DNA of 64,000 nucleotides from positions 89,218,001 through 89,282,000 of the forward strand of contig OX597825.1 in assembly GCA_951406725.2 (NCBI GenBank). The letters are read 5' to 3'. A program made the position numbers and the translations under genes. The notes beneath the pieces are model-generated. The model did no database searches and was not told the DNA's origin. It was given only the letters and a program-made list of their open reading frames with translations. The stretch comes from Octopus vulgaris. Its lineage: Eukaryota. Positions 12,476 through 25,397 of the stretch are shown here, piece by piece (the stretch's first letter is position 1; each line of letters begins with the position of its first letter).

Positions 12476-14000
12476 CTATGTTTGACTTTTGCTTTATATT
12501 TGTACAAGTTGGCTCCAAGTCTCACCCAGAGACCTCAAGAGACAACAGGGTTGGAAGTTCATGTTGTTGTTATGCCTAGTGTGCCATATATTTAGGGGGT
12601 GGGGATGTTGTACTAATGAATGTCTAAAAAAAAATTTTTTTTTTTTTTTTTTTTAAACCGAAAATTATGTTTGTTTTAAACCTTGAGATTACATAGAGAG
12701 TATTTTGCGTAGGATATGAGCAGTTCCCATGAGCACTATCTTTTGAACTTCTGCCAGTTTTGGGTTTCCTGGTATCTGAGTTAGGTAGCTATCAGCCCCT
12801 TTTGCTATCATTCCCAGGGCACCTATGACAACAGGTATTGTTTTAGTCTTCAGCTTCCACATTTTGCTGATTTCTATTTCAAGATCTTTATATTTGCTCA
12901 GTTTTTGGTAGGTCTTGACAGATACGTTTATATCGATTGGGACAGTCATATCAATGAGGAGGTATGTTCTTTGTTTGAAGTCTTTCAATATGATGTCTGG
13001 CCTATTTGCATCTATCTTCCTGTCAGTTTGAATGGTGAAGTTCCAGAGGAGTGAGATGTGGTCATTTTCATGCACTGGGGGTGGTTTGTGTTCCCACCAG
13101 TTTTTTTCATGGGGCAAATCCAGGTTTTTACAGATTACCCAGTGAATATATTGTGCAGCTCTATCGTGCCTGTTGAGATACTCTGTAGGCGCTAGAAGAC
13201 TGCACTTGGAGACCACATGGTCAATGGTTTCATTTTGTTTCTTGCATACACGACACGTTGGACTGCTTCTGATCTTTAATATGTTGGCCTGGTAGTTTCT
13301 TGTTGGTAGGCATTGATCTTGAGCTGCTATGATAAACCCCTCTGTTTCAGATTTTAAGCCAGAGGCCATTAGCCACTGATGGGTCAGGGCTTTGTCGATG
13401 TCTGCATTATTCGCTCTCTTTGGTTATTTGCCATAGAGAGGTTTTTCTTGCCATTTATTATTCAGAATATCTAAGGACGCAGTTTTGGCACGGGTTTTCA
13501 TGCGCCTAGCTTTTTCTGTGCTTGTTTCTTGTATATCTATCTCTAATTCCGAAATTGGTTGTATTCGGAATTCACTTAGATATTCCTTTGCCTGTTTTGT
13601 GACTGAGTATGATGCTTTCTTGTTTTCATGTTTTGAGACAAGTTTTAACATCCAGTCCTCAGAGTTTTTCAGGTTGGTGTCTAGGCCAATTGTAGCAATC
13701 TTCATTGTTATTGCCAGTTGCAAAAGACCACGGCCTCCTCTTTTCTTGGCAGATAGAGTCGTTCTGTATCTGCCTTAGGGTGGTGCATTCTATGCATTGT
13801 CAACAGTTTCCTTATTTTTCTGTCGAGCTGACATATTTCAGTAATTGACCAGTTAACAATATTGAAACTGTAAGTCACGACTGGTATAGCTAATGCATTG
13901 ATCGCTTCGATCCTGTTTCTTGCATTCAGCTCTGTCTTGAGTATTGCTCTCACTCTTCGATAGCATTCTCTCCTGATCCTTTCCTTCATCTCTGAATGCC
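12476..14000 (-). mobile_element. 5'-truncated R4/Dong-clade non-LTR retrotransposon (RT thumb, CCHC finger, RLE endonuclease, 3' UTR)
   Basis: ORFs 13708-14151, 13424-13723 and 12689-13369 give AINALAIPVVTYSF, RLYLPRKE, ETEGFIIAAQDQ, CRVC..ETIDHVVSKC, RHD, NRPDII..IDMTVP, KYKDL and PVVIGALG. Frameshifted; flanked on both sides by (TAA)n. Confidence 0.92.
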
Positions 14001-14067
<67 letters not shown>

Positions 14068-16177
14068 CGACGTCCTTATCATTACTGATACTACGGTTGT
14101 GCTTTCGATGATTTCAGGCACGTTCTGCTGAGATGTTTCCCTCAACCCCATTTGTAGGGTATATACCTGTTACCATAGTAATTAATGTCTTGTTACAGAA
14201 ATCTCTTCTTTTTATGCTAATATTCTGTTTCATTTCTTGCGTACATGATGTGCAATGTGAATTCTGATAATTTTTGACGGCTTTAAATGTTGTGATTTTA
14301 GTGTTCTGGGATTTAAGTTAGTTTTCACCGCCAGGCGGCAATAGTGCAGTGTGTAGATTTTATAGAATTAATGGGTTGTGGTTGTGTTGATTTTGACTAT
14401 TCGGCTTCATATTAGCAGATCTTAGTCGTATAGGAACGTGCGTTTTGGTAAAAGTGTATATAGATATATGCTTGTGCAACTTATCGTATTTCTTAGTTAT
14501 TGTGTCGTGCAGAGAAAGTGTGCTTTTTGAACCGCGTCAGAGAATAGAAATTGCCATTTGTAGGTTGTGAACTATTGCTAGAAGTATTCTTGGACCATTT
14601 AAAACGTTATGAACCCCGACGTGACACATAGTGGTTTGTTTATAGCTAATGCCACATTTGGAGTTCTTTCATTTTTCATGTCCCACATTCTCTTTACTTT
14701 AATGTCAAAATCTTAGTATTTTGACGGTATTTCACTCGCTTACGAGTAATCAGTTGCTCAGAAGGTATACTGATGGAAATCAGCATACATGTACTTCTAT
14801 TCTACTCTTTGGTTATTATATTTGCACAAAATTACCGTGATTACGTCAGTGTTGTCACGGATGGTGGCCAAGACATTACCGTGTACCATCTGGATAAAAT
14901 AAAACTGAAACTGTTATCCGTCTTCGAATCAAAATTTTGGGATATTACACAGTTAATGGAACTGCAAGCTCAATTGTATATGTTTATTCGAACATTGCAA
15001 GGACTAGACAGTTAAGCAGTGGATCTGTCGTCTCACTGTACTGGTTGCATAGCATCAGCTTTCACTATTTTATTTGTGTAGCTACTTGAGGCTACACATT
15101 ATTCTACGCAGATTCAGTCCAACTGTTTTGCTCTTCTACCCACAGCTTTGGATCCAAGGTTGTCTTTCTTTTTGCTTAGCCCAATAAGAAGGTTAATGGA
15201 ATTGAAAATGGAAAAATATGAGTGCATAGAACTTCTAAATGATTTGCCAATGTCGGTTAATAGACGTTTCTCACAAGAATTGGTTTCATGCAAATTAAAC
15301 TCTGAAAATGGCAAAATATTCAACCGAATATAATCTATTAAATTAATGGACGACAAGTAGAAAAGAAACAAAAATCTACATAATAATAATAATTGGATGC
15401 GAGAAATTTCTATTAATTTAGTCAACTATAATTAGGGATTGGTTATTATTTTATTGCTTTGAAAAGGTGAAAGACAAAAATCTTCCAAATTACTCGCCAT
15501 ACTAAAACTATGCGGTGTTTCTTATAAGAGATTATAGATCTACCGCAAATATAGTGTTTTTGTTTTCTGTAAGAAATTTTATCGTCTTCTTCCTCACTGG
15601 GGAGGTGGGTTTTCAGAATCATTAGAACATCGGCAAAATACCTTCGATATGTCTTCCGTTCCTTTATATTTTGAATATAAAGGAACAGAATATAATTACA
15701 AGGTTAACCTAGAGTTTCATCCAGATCAATAAAATTCAGAACCAATCAAGTACTAGCGTCAACGATACTGCCTAACCCGCTGCACTCAATATTTCAGCCC
15801 TTTTTACCCTACACTGCATACAACCATCTTCATGATCCTCAAACAAGTGCACTTGCAGAATCGTTTTAACATGGAACAATATGCTTTGCAGTATGTGTTC
15901 CATTTTGCTTCTAACGTTCCTAATTCAAGTCTCACTTGGATCACCTTTACTTCTTACATTATGGATTTGAAAGGATACTGCCTCACTCAAGCACGATGCT
16001 TGTTAGAAACGACTAATCATTAAATTTTTGGTCTTCTACCTATATTCAATCGAATAATTATAATTATTCTAATTGGTAGAACTTTGCAGCTTTGGAAAAA
16101 GTAGTTTATGCTACTTGTCTCGTCAGTATGAGCAGATATATGCATGTATACACACACACACACATACACATACATAC

Positions 16178-16209
<32 letters not shown>

Positions 16210-16270
16210 ATATATATATATATGCACAAACCTTATATATGTATATATATATGCACAAGCCTTATATATA

Positions 16271-16313
<43 letters not shown>

Positions 16314-16404
16314 GTTTATATATTTGCTGTGCAAGATTTTTTATGTGAAGTCGTGTGTTGAAACATATATTGTCGTATTTCGGAATGGTCATTTTGCCAG
16401 TTTA

Positions 16405-16449
<45 letters not shown>

Positions 16450-17106
16450 TGTGTGTGTGTCAAGGTGCGTGACCTAATATTCAATGTTGACTTTATGATC
16501 GTATTATTCTGAGATTGATTACTAGACTAAGCATTGGAGCCTTGAGCAAAGCTTTTCATTTCATTATCCTACAGCCGATGGTGCTGCCAATCTCTCTCTT
16601 TTGCTCTCTCTCTATCTCTCTCTGTTATCTCTCCCCTTCTTTCTCTTGATCAGTCTCTTTATCTCACTATCGCTTTGAATGACATTGCTCCGCTGAGGCA
16701 CGGTACAAAGCCATGAGGGATTCTTTTTCGTCACTATATAGTCTCATTCTCTCTCTTTCTCACACAAACATATATATACACATACATATATATTATGTTA
16801 TCGAATTTGGAGAATTGTTTTACTGTCGCGAAGTCTTACAAAACGCGTTCCTTTTTTACTACTGTTACACTTTCATTTTGGTGCCTTGCGTTCAACTAGC
16901 GCTGAGCTTTCTTTTGCATTCTTTGAATAACACTGAAAATAAGCGGAGACTCTCGATCGACGGAAATATACGAACGTCGTACAGGATGCATTTTAGTAAT
17001 CGCCCTGGTTCTTAGCGTTCTGATTTCAAACTTCTCCGTGGCCTACTGGAGTGGTTCCCTTACTCGTCACTAGGCGTGATAAATCACTTTGTAATTTGTA
17101 TATCTA

Positions 17107-17966
17107 CAGGGTTCGGTGAATGAATTGTCGTCTAAATTACGCAAAAATGAAAATAACACAAACGACTTATTTTAACAAGATGTATTTACTGAAATTACAT
17201 TAAAATATCTTGAAAAAAATATCTTGAAAGAGTAAATTTCAAACACGGCCTCCAGACGACTTCAACATCTCCTGCAACTTTTCTGGATTGTCTCCTTGTT
17301 TAAGTTGGTGAATGCTGCCATAATCCTTGTCTTCAATTCATTTTAAGAGTTACAAGAACTTTTGTTGGTCTCTCGCTCAACTCTGCCCCATACATAATAA
17401 TCAAGGGGGTTCCAGTTTTGGGAGTTAGGTGACCAGATGTTAGGGGTGATGTGGTCGTTGAAATTGTCTGACAGCTATGACTGGGTTCTCCTGCATGTGT
17501 GGCATGCTGCAGAATTTTGTTGCCAGATATAGGGTCTTCCACCAGCTACCTCTTTTCACCCAAAGCAGCACTAACTCCTCCAGGCACTCGATGTAGATAT
17601 TCGTGTTGAGTCTGAGGCCGTGTAGGAAGATGAATGGAGGCATAACGTCGCCATCACTAGTGATCCCTCCAAATACCATGATGTTCACTGGATGTCTGAG
17701 TTTTATCACTCTCAGTACTCGTCCTCAGATTGCACTGTCCTCAGATTGACACCCAAACACTGTGAAATGTTCATAATGGAGCTTCCGGCGCAGATGACAA
17801 CTGGTACAGCATGTTGTTTCCAAATTTCTGGTAGAGTGAATTGCGTCATAGTGTTGTTTTTCTCATAAACGCTGCCCAACTGTGTAATCGACAAAATCAA
17901 AAACAAACAAAGCGAATGTGCAAAATGAAAATCATAAAATGGCGCCAATTTGCCCATCACACCCTG
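17107..17966 (-). mobile_element. Internally deleted Tc1/mariner-superfamily transposon (maT/DD37D-like)
   Basis: TA|CAGGGT...ACCCTG|TA termini. Transposase remnants MVFGGITSDGDVMPPFIF, YIWQQNSAACH, WSPNS..NPLDYYVWG. Confidence 0.88.
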
Positions 17967-18590
17967 TATATATTTGTGTGTACGTGTGCTCCTATTTATA
18001 TATTTTTCTCCATCCTCACATGCAAATGTCGGAAGGCCGTAATCCCATAAGAGTAAGTTCCTCTTCCAAATGTTAACCTGACCATCTTAGCATTAACCGC
18101 CACTTGTATTTACATTACTTCTCTTGGTTTTTACGCCACTTATGAGTATGGGGGTGTGTATGTGCATGTTTATATCCATATAAGTATTGGTATGAAGATA
18201 CTGTCAGTAATATCATTCCTAAATATGTTGTCTTTCAAATTTGGATTGCAACTGATCCACATTTAATTCTTATGTGTAAGCCAACCGCCACTAGTTTTGC
18301 TCTGTTCTACAATTAATAGATATCACACATATTTACTCTTTATATTTTTATTACATAGCGCACATCATCTTGACAGAAAATGTCAAATATATGCTTATCA
18401 AAGTACATAAGTAAAAAAGTGACGCTTACGGACAGGAGTCTTAGAAATACACTGACCTTCGAAACTGCCATTTTAAACACTATTTCATTTTCTACTTTTC
18501 CATTTTCCAAGCCCCCACTATCTCAAGCTTATCTCTCTCAATTCTCACTTTTATATAATATAGACATAAATATAGACATAAATATATACA

Positions 18591-18761
18591 GGCGCAGGAG
18601 TGGCTGTGTGGTAAGTAGCTTGCTAACCAGCCACACGGTTGCGGGTTCAGTCCCACTGCGTGGCATCTTGGGCAAGTGTCTTCTGCTATAGCCCCGGGCC
18701 GACCAATGCCTTGTGAGTGGATTTGGTAGACGGAAACTGAAAGAAGCCTGTCGTATATATG

Positions 18762-18793
<32 letters not shown>

Positions 18794-18976
18794 ATTGTGT
18801 GTCTGTGTTTGTCCCCCTAGCACTGCTTGACAACCGATGCTGGTGTGTTTACGTCCCCGTCACTTAGCGGTTCGGCAAAAAGAGACCGATAGAATAAGTA
18901 CTAAAAAGGTGGTGCTCCAGCATGGCCGCAGTCAAATGACTGAAACAAATAAAAGAGTAAAAGAGAGTAAAAGAGT
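18591..18976 (+). mobile_element. Composite tRNA-derived SINE
   Basis: A-box tggctgtgtggt, B-box gggttcagtcc, ttgggcaagtg core, (TA)/(TG) spacer, tail ggtgctccagcatggccgcagtcaaatgactgaaacaaataaaaga. Confidence 0.92.
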
Positions 18977-21000
18977 ATATTTGCACACACACACGCACAC
19001 ACAAAATCCCTTTGGGTACAGAAAAATTAGAGCAAGCTTTGTACATTGTAATGTTTATATCGCGATTGCCTCATCTGAAGAGCATTTAGTTTGTCCAAAT
19101 CCTGTAAAGGCGAGTGTCACGTGGTTAGGAACGTTTTTGCCATTTTATGGAAGCGGAAGAATACTTTAATGTGTCAGCCATGTGATGACAGCCTGCTTCT
19201 TGTTAAAGAAAACGATAGCTGTTCCTACAAGCGTCGAGGCTCATGTATCGCTATTTGTAAAATTCTTGTATAATAGAAAAATAGTGCTTTAGGTTATTAT
19301 ACCACCGGTAGACAGCTTAATGTTCGCAAGATGAACATATGGTCTTCTTTTCATCCTCAGCAATGTCCCGTGATATCGCTGTAAATACCTTTCTCAAACT
19401 TCATTGCTTTCCAGAAGCCTCAGCGCAGTGTTAATTCTGCGGTTTTACGTCTAACTCCATTAGTATCCACAAATATACAACTTGTGGTTAAAGAAATTTC
19501 CCTGTGTGCTTTTAGGAAGTGTTAGACGAAAATCGATAGCGTTTATTTTGTTATATAATGAGAATAAAACCCGGATAATTAAGATAAAACAAATTTCATC
19601 ATGACTTTATAGATGTGTTCAGAAATCTCTACTAAAATATGATTACCTGGCGATTTAAAGATTTAAGTATTGTATTTTTGACAATTCCATATTGTTTATA
19701 ACGTTTATTTTAATAATATTACGGGAGGTATTTCTATAAACTAATAAAGTAGTCAGATTCTGATGGTTTTATTGCATTGTATTTGCTTATTAAATACATA
19801 AAACTACTATTCCTAATCTGCTGAATCTATGAACAGACGGGCTGTTGAAGCTAGTTGTAAATTTGCAGCGTGTCCAGTTAATGTAGTGTCAGGCCACATC
19901 AAAAACCTTCTACCGTTTGTAATTCCATAAACCAGTAGTAGCCTGAGTCATCAATAGCCTCCTGTGAAACACGCGGCTGGATCTCATTAAAGCTTTTGAG
20001 TCTTATATTGCCAACTGACTCTCTTGTCAATTCATTCTCCTTGCATAACTGTTTCTTTTTTTTTTTTACCTCTGAGTCAGAATCTACCACTTCCCAAATG
20101 CTGGATCCATCCACAGTAGCCTAGATTATCATAATTTTTATGACTTTTTGGAAAATCTTTTCGCTATTCATTCAGATTGTCATGAAAACATTCGCGTAAA
20201 TACAGCATTAGGCTGAACACTCCAGCGACAACAAAAGGTTTAATATTTTCAGATCCGAGCAGAGAACGTTGGAACGTTGACACAATACTCCTTCAGCCGC
20301 TGTTTTTGTGAATTTCCGATTTCTAAAGTTGCTTTTTTTTTCCTTTCAAAATGTATGACAGAAATGTAAATTTATGATTCGTATGGGTTATACTCAGAAG
20401 GATGTTTCCCATGAGTTTTCAGAAGTTCTTAACAACAGAAAGAAACCATCACGAACTTGTTATTGTAGTAAGAATCAGAACACCAATTACATTCAAGCGA
20501 AGGACCTTCAGGGGTAACTTTACAAGGGTTTTCTCGTAGTACTAAATCAGGAGGTGGATTACGAATACTAAAATAGACCAGGTCTGACCACTTAAATTCA
20601 CAAAGGCTGATTTGACCCCACTCAAACGTGGGATAGCCATGTCACAGAAACCTGTGATTATGCAGTAAATTTCATAAGCCCATTGCCGTCTCTAAACCAC
20701 TCTGTAATATATGACCTCAGTATTTAAATATTTATATCCTTGATGTCTGTATCTTTTTTTAGGAATATTTGAATTACAGATGAAATGTTTAAGACTTGTT
20801 TCAGTAACAGAGCGATAAGACTTGATGAAATAAAAATTTAATTTGTGTTCAGTTTTTCGTTTGATTTTGAATCAGTTAGAATTGTTGGAGTGTTAAGTGG
20901 AAGAACATATCATGTATTGAATTTCTGTCAGTAAGAAGAGGAAACTTTTCCAATAACCTTATATCTGTTTCTGTGCTGTAAACTCCAACTAAAAGCTTGA

Positions 21001-21118
21001 TATCCGTCTTTAATGATCCCACTCTTTTTCAGTCTCTCCAGTTGCAGCGAACGTTACTTTCCTGTTCGATTTAAATACAGGCTCAGCGTTTTCACTTGCT
21101 TGAAAGCAAACCAGTCTT
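21001..21118 (-). mobile_element. Inverted fragment of gypsy pol (region just upstream of the RT core)
   Basis: Minus strand encodes ENAEPVFKSNRKVTFAA / LERLKKSGII, the PVFxxxRxVPFA...LERLxxxGII motif of gypsy pol. Confidence 0.7.
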
Positions 21119-21119
21119 T

Positions 21120-23640
21120 TATATGACAATAAATACACACGGACGATTGTAGAGATATACCCGGATACTTATCGGTTAGAATTTGCACAGTCAATATTTC
21201 AGCAAATCATGGACGCTTTGTTATCTGATTGTGAATTTGCAATCCTTTATTTGGACGATATACTGATTGAGAGAAATTCGCATGAACTGCGTGTGGAGCA
21301 AATAAAAGCTATGTTCAGGGAAATTAAAGAGTACAGGTTCACTTTGAGAGAAGAAAAATGCGAATTCTTGTTGCCTCAAATTAGGTATTTAGGGCAAATA
21401 ATTGATAATAATTGGTAAACGGCCCGACCCGTCGAGTGCAGAAGCAATAAATATTATGCCTGCTCCAACAAATATATACAAACATTACAAGCGTTTTGGG
21501 CGCTGGCAAACTACTACCAAAACTGCATTCCCAACATGCGCAAATTAAGAGTGCCATTGGATGACTTATTGAAGAAGGAAATAAAGTGGAATTGGTCGGT
21601 TAAATGCCAAAACGCATTTGAAGAAATAGAAAAAATTGTAATCGCAGATTTTCCTCTAGCGCATTTCAATCCTGAAATATAGATTGTGGTGGCGATTGAT
21701 GCTTCGGAGAACGGAATAGGAGCCGTTTTCCTACACATGGGTAAAGATGGAAGGATGAAACCAGTGATTCATGTTTCGCGCTCATTAATAGCGGTAGAGA
21801 AAAAATAGTCAGATAGATAATGAGGCCCTGTCAATTATCTTTGCTGCACAAAAAAAAATTCACTGGTTTCAACATGGAAGAAGTTTCCTGTTAAAAACAT
21901 ATAATCGACCATTGCCATATATTTATGAGTCAAAGAAAGGCTTACCGACCCATACTGCGAACTGACTGCAACATTGGGTTATAAATTTAATAGATCAGAA
22001 TTTCACAATGCAGTATATTTCATCGAAAAAAATTAGTCATCGAAGGTAATTCCCTAAAATACCGAACCATTAGAAAATACCGTGGTAGTCACACTACAAA
22101 CAGTAAATGAAATAAAAAGCATTTTGACAAACGTTATCCAAGAACTGTCATTGACCTTAGAGGATATATCAATGAATTCTGTTGGCGATGAGTATATTAC
22201 AAAATGAAAGAAGCATTAAAAATATACAGAATAATAATACAAACGCGAGTAGTTTCTCAATATGCGACGATATTCTGATGAATGCGCAAAGAGTTGTAGT
22301 GTCGACTGCATTACAAAAACATGTATTGCAGCAATTCGACAGAGAACACCCGGGAATGAAAGCTCTGATGAAGAGCTACGTCTATTGGCTGACTATGGAC
22401 CGAGATATCGGAAATTTGGCGAGAACTTGTCGTGACTGCGCGCTCACGATCAAAGCCCCGCCGATAAGATATCAGTCGTGGCCAGAGACTGAGAACTCAT
22501 GGTCTATGTGAACGGCGCTTACGATCTAATCGGAGTAGACAGCTGTACAAAGTGGCCCGAGGTATGTAGGTGCAATAAACCAACCGCTAAGACAACTGTA
22601 AAGTTCCTATATGAACTGTTTTCGCAATACGGTGTTCCAGACGTGTTTGCTTCTGATAATGGAACGCAATTCTCGCGATACGAATTCAAGAACATCTGTA
22701 GAATATAAAGCATATTTCCACTCCACCGTACCATCCGAGCTCAAATGGACCGATTGAAGAGCGTTACGAAAAGCTTGGAACAAATTAGTAACGACGAAGC
22801 ACTAACAAAATCTTTAAGGGTACATAGAGTAAGTCCCAATCCAAGTACAAATTCAAGAAAGTCCCCCGCAAAGTTGATGTTTGCGAAAAGAAAAATTATG
22901 ATTTTTGATAAGCTATTGCCAGAGATGAAAATATATAAAGGAAATACGAAAGAAGCAACGAAATATTTCGAAGTATGAGATAAAGTGCATTTTAAAACCT
23001 ACAGAAAGGGTAAAGAAGGCTGGGAGGATGACCATGTAACCAAAAAAAGAAAACAATTGGAGGTATGATGTGTCTAATTAAAGGGGCACGCTGGGAATAG
23101 TAGAAGAGACACATAAATCAGCAAAAGAAGTGACAAAGCGAAGAACGGAAAGAAATTCCTATGGAAGTATTTTTTGATGTGTTCTACGTACTCGCACCGA
23201 AAGTAATGGAGTCCCATAGAATCAGCATGAGAAAACGGAAGGAGACCGAACACCTTGAGATAAGGCCCAAACGAAGAAGATACTAATAAAACAACAATAA
23301 TAAATAAAATTTCATTATTTCTTGGGAACTCGAAATCTCAAAAGAGATGTTGTGGCGAGAATACGACATCCTCTGACGAGAATAGACGGGACCACTACAT
23401 ATAAATAGTAAGACTGACGTAGTCAGTAGTTCGGTATTCGAAATCCAGGTTCCGTTTGAGTTAGTGTGTTGGAAATATTGATTGTTGGTTCGTAAAAGAA
23501 TGTTGGTCCGTTTGTTGCATGTTTGTTACTGTCGCTGTTTCTATTTTTTTATTTTTATAACTCTGTTACAATGTTTTCTTTATCTATCGTCGAAAATATC
23601 AACCATACTACGATTCTGGAGGCATAAGGATATCACAATA
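21120..23640 (+). mobile_element. Decayed Ty3/gypsy LTR retrotransposon: RT, RNase H, integrase, PPT and 3' LTR
   Basis: TINTH..IFQQIMD..YLDDILI..KCEF; DASENGIGAV; HPG..MKSYVYW..C..C; VDSCTKWPEV; SDNGTQF; PPYHPSSNG. Many stops and frameshifts. Confidence 0.93.
23348..23640 (+). repeat. Gypsy 3' LTR
   Basis: Follows purine tract aaaagaga; TGTTGTG...CACAATA ends; tataaatag near 23400; second homologous copy at 55845-56107. Confidence 0.8.
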
Positions 23641-24299
23641 TCAAAGTCAATTAGGAAAGATTTAAAAAGGAACATTTTCATATAATATTTAATATGACGT
23701 TTAAAATTTTAAAAAAAACAAATTCATTGATATGTTTTCATTACATGCGTGCACACGCGCGCGCACACACACACTTACGTACACGCACACACACGCGCGC
23801 GCATTCTTTAATATGTATACAGTTTTAACTCAATATAAGCACACATATATATGTGCAGCCGCTAGTGCATGATGCTGTTTTATTACATTACAACGTTAGT
23901 GTTGTAGGAAGATTGATTTTGCGAAGCTACTTCGAATCCTTTCGCTGCTTGTTCATTGTCTTCTCTCAGTGGTTCTTTATACTACAACATGTATTTGTAT
24001 GTATGTTTGTATGTATTTGTGTGTATATGAATCTATGGGCGGATGGATGGATGTGTATATGTGTGTGTGTGTGTGTGTGTTTTGGTTGATTGATTTCTCC
24101 AGTCACGCTTCACGTCATAAGTGATATAGCGGTACGTGATAAGTGAGAGGGAAATAACCATAGAGAAGAGAGGAAGGGGGAGAAAAGGAGTTTATACATG
24201 TGAGAGAGAGATGGAGCTAGTGTGTATGGATGTTCCATAATAGTGTGAGCTTTTGAATATTGTTTTTAATTTTAAGGAATATAAGTCTTCTGAAAGTTT

Positions 24300-24760
24300 C
24301 GTATTCATTTCCTTATTTTGCATCAGCCAGTAATTCCATATCAATTAGATCACATGAATTCCCTATTTCCTGACACTACCTGTGCTATGAAATAGATTCT
24401 TCCAAAGTTGACTGTTTTAATGATGGCTATATTCTTCGTTGGTAGATATTGATGTGAAAGGAGTACCAAGTATAATGTAGTGCAGTACCTTATTCATGTG
24501 GGTCCAGAACCTTGTTTACGTATTTTTCGAAATACAACTAGTATCGTCCATGTATTTAACAGCGATATTTATATATCGTTCCGATGGTTTCGCAGTTTAA
24601 CTTATCTTTCTTCTTTGTCAGGTTTCTTTTGTGATATCGAGACCAGGACCTCAAAGCAATATCTTTTCAGTATTATTGATCGAAAATATGTTCTGCATAT
24701 TATAAATCAGTTGTATCTTGAAATAATGTGTATAATGACTGTTTGCAAATGAGAAAGAAT
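24300..24760 (-). mobile_element. Possible very old Penelope-type RT relic
   Basis: Minus-strand VKYMDDTSC...FWTHMNKV resembles the PLE RT motif RYxDD...FLxHLN; little else is recognisable. Confidence 0.3.
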
Positions 24761-25327
24761 TTAATGCCAGTCGAAACTAAGTGGTCCCCTCAAATGAATA
24801 TAATCAACAATGGAACTTAAAACTCTTCTATTGACTGAACACTTAACATCGATTTACATCGCCATAATACTAATATATCTATGACGCCAATATAGTTAGA
24901 AATCGGAAAGGAGCAATGAATTGAAAATAAGATTCTGCTGGATAACGAGCTGAGAATAAAGAACGGCCTGCTTGAGGACCTCCAATCACAGCTAAAGAAT
25001 AGTTCGTTTCTTGGTCAATAATAAAGATGCACAAAGTCGGAAGCCAAAATTAAGAACACTGTTATAATTAAGTGTAGAGATATTCTTATTGCTTCTCTTT
25101 ATTGCATGTAGGTCATCCGACTAGAAATATTAAAGTCACGTCTAATAAGAATGACATTAATAATACGTATTTAACTGGTTTGAGTAGCAGTTAAACCCTG
25201 CTGTGAGATCAGAGGTTTTATTGTTAAGCCAAATATGAGCGTTACCCTTCCAGACGAGAATCGTATTTCTCTACAATCGATTGTTACAAGATGTAAATAA
25301 TTTTCCGATGTGAAACACATATACACA

Positions 25328-25397
<70 letters not shown>

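Noticed and set aside
14825-14889. Candidate minus-strand micro-exon (ttttatccag|ATG...ACG|gtaatt)
   Set aside because: Phase and peptide do not fit the CAT N-terminus; no other support.
19091-19273. Cys-rich peptide resembling a piggyBac C-terminal domain
   Set aside because: Cys spacing is incomplete and no transposase or TTAA termini were found.
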